64,000 bases of DNA from Saccostrea cucullata. Taxonomy: Eukaryota. Positions 50,964-64,000 of this stretch are shown here, in pieces. Below the pieces are notes generated by a model that was not told where the DNA came from, did not search any database, and was given only the letters and a program-made list of their open reading frames with translations. Both the position numbers and the translations under genes were made by a program. Every line of letters begins with the position of its first letter. Within the stretch, counting starts at the first letter, position 1. The stretch is taken from assembly GCF_032062105.1 (NCBI RefSeq), contig NW_026920935.1, positions 1,302,001 to 1,366,000 of the forward strand. Direction: 5' to 3'.

Positions 50964-64000
<13,037 letters not shown>

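Overview
AT-rich, intron-rich eukaryotic DNA, most likely from an oyster or related bivalve (inferred from Helentron/HINE elements with ~166-168-bp Cg170/pearl-like repeats and Meta/Deu-type tRNA SINEs). I reconstructed six protein genes by hand from splice sites and reading-frame phase: CPTP (+, 2 coding exons), AURKAIP1/mS38-like (-, 2), AGTRAP (+, 7), an intronless-CDS sex-peptide-receptor-like orphan GPCR (+), SSR3/TRAP-gamma (-, 5), and the 5' part of CHD3/4/5 Mi-2 (+, at least 22 exons, runs off the window). Introns and intergenic DNA are packed with non-autonomous transposons; I saw no transposase. Main points: (1) two U12-type minor introns, in AGTRAP and SSR3; (2) an apparent break in CHD exon 5, where coding sequence runs into a stop with no good donor; (3) a four-layer nested transposon stack; (4) HINEs nearly all co-oriented with their host genes, with ends that mimic splice acceptor and donor sites paired by their own subterminal repeats; (5) a CRE-bearing HINE family at two divergent promoters; (6) hAT-like MITEs with 5-, 6- and 8-bp TSDs; (7) gene content recalling the human 1p36/3q/12p13/17p13 paralogon. 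All calls are by eye, with no database searches run.
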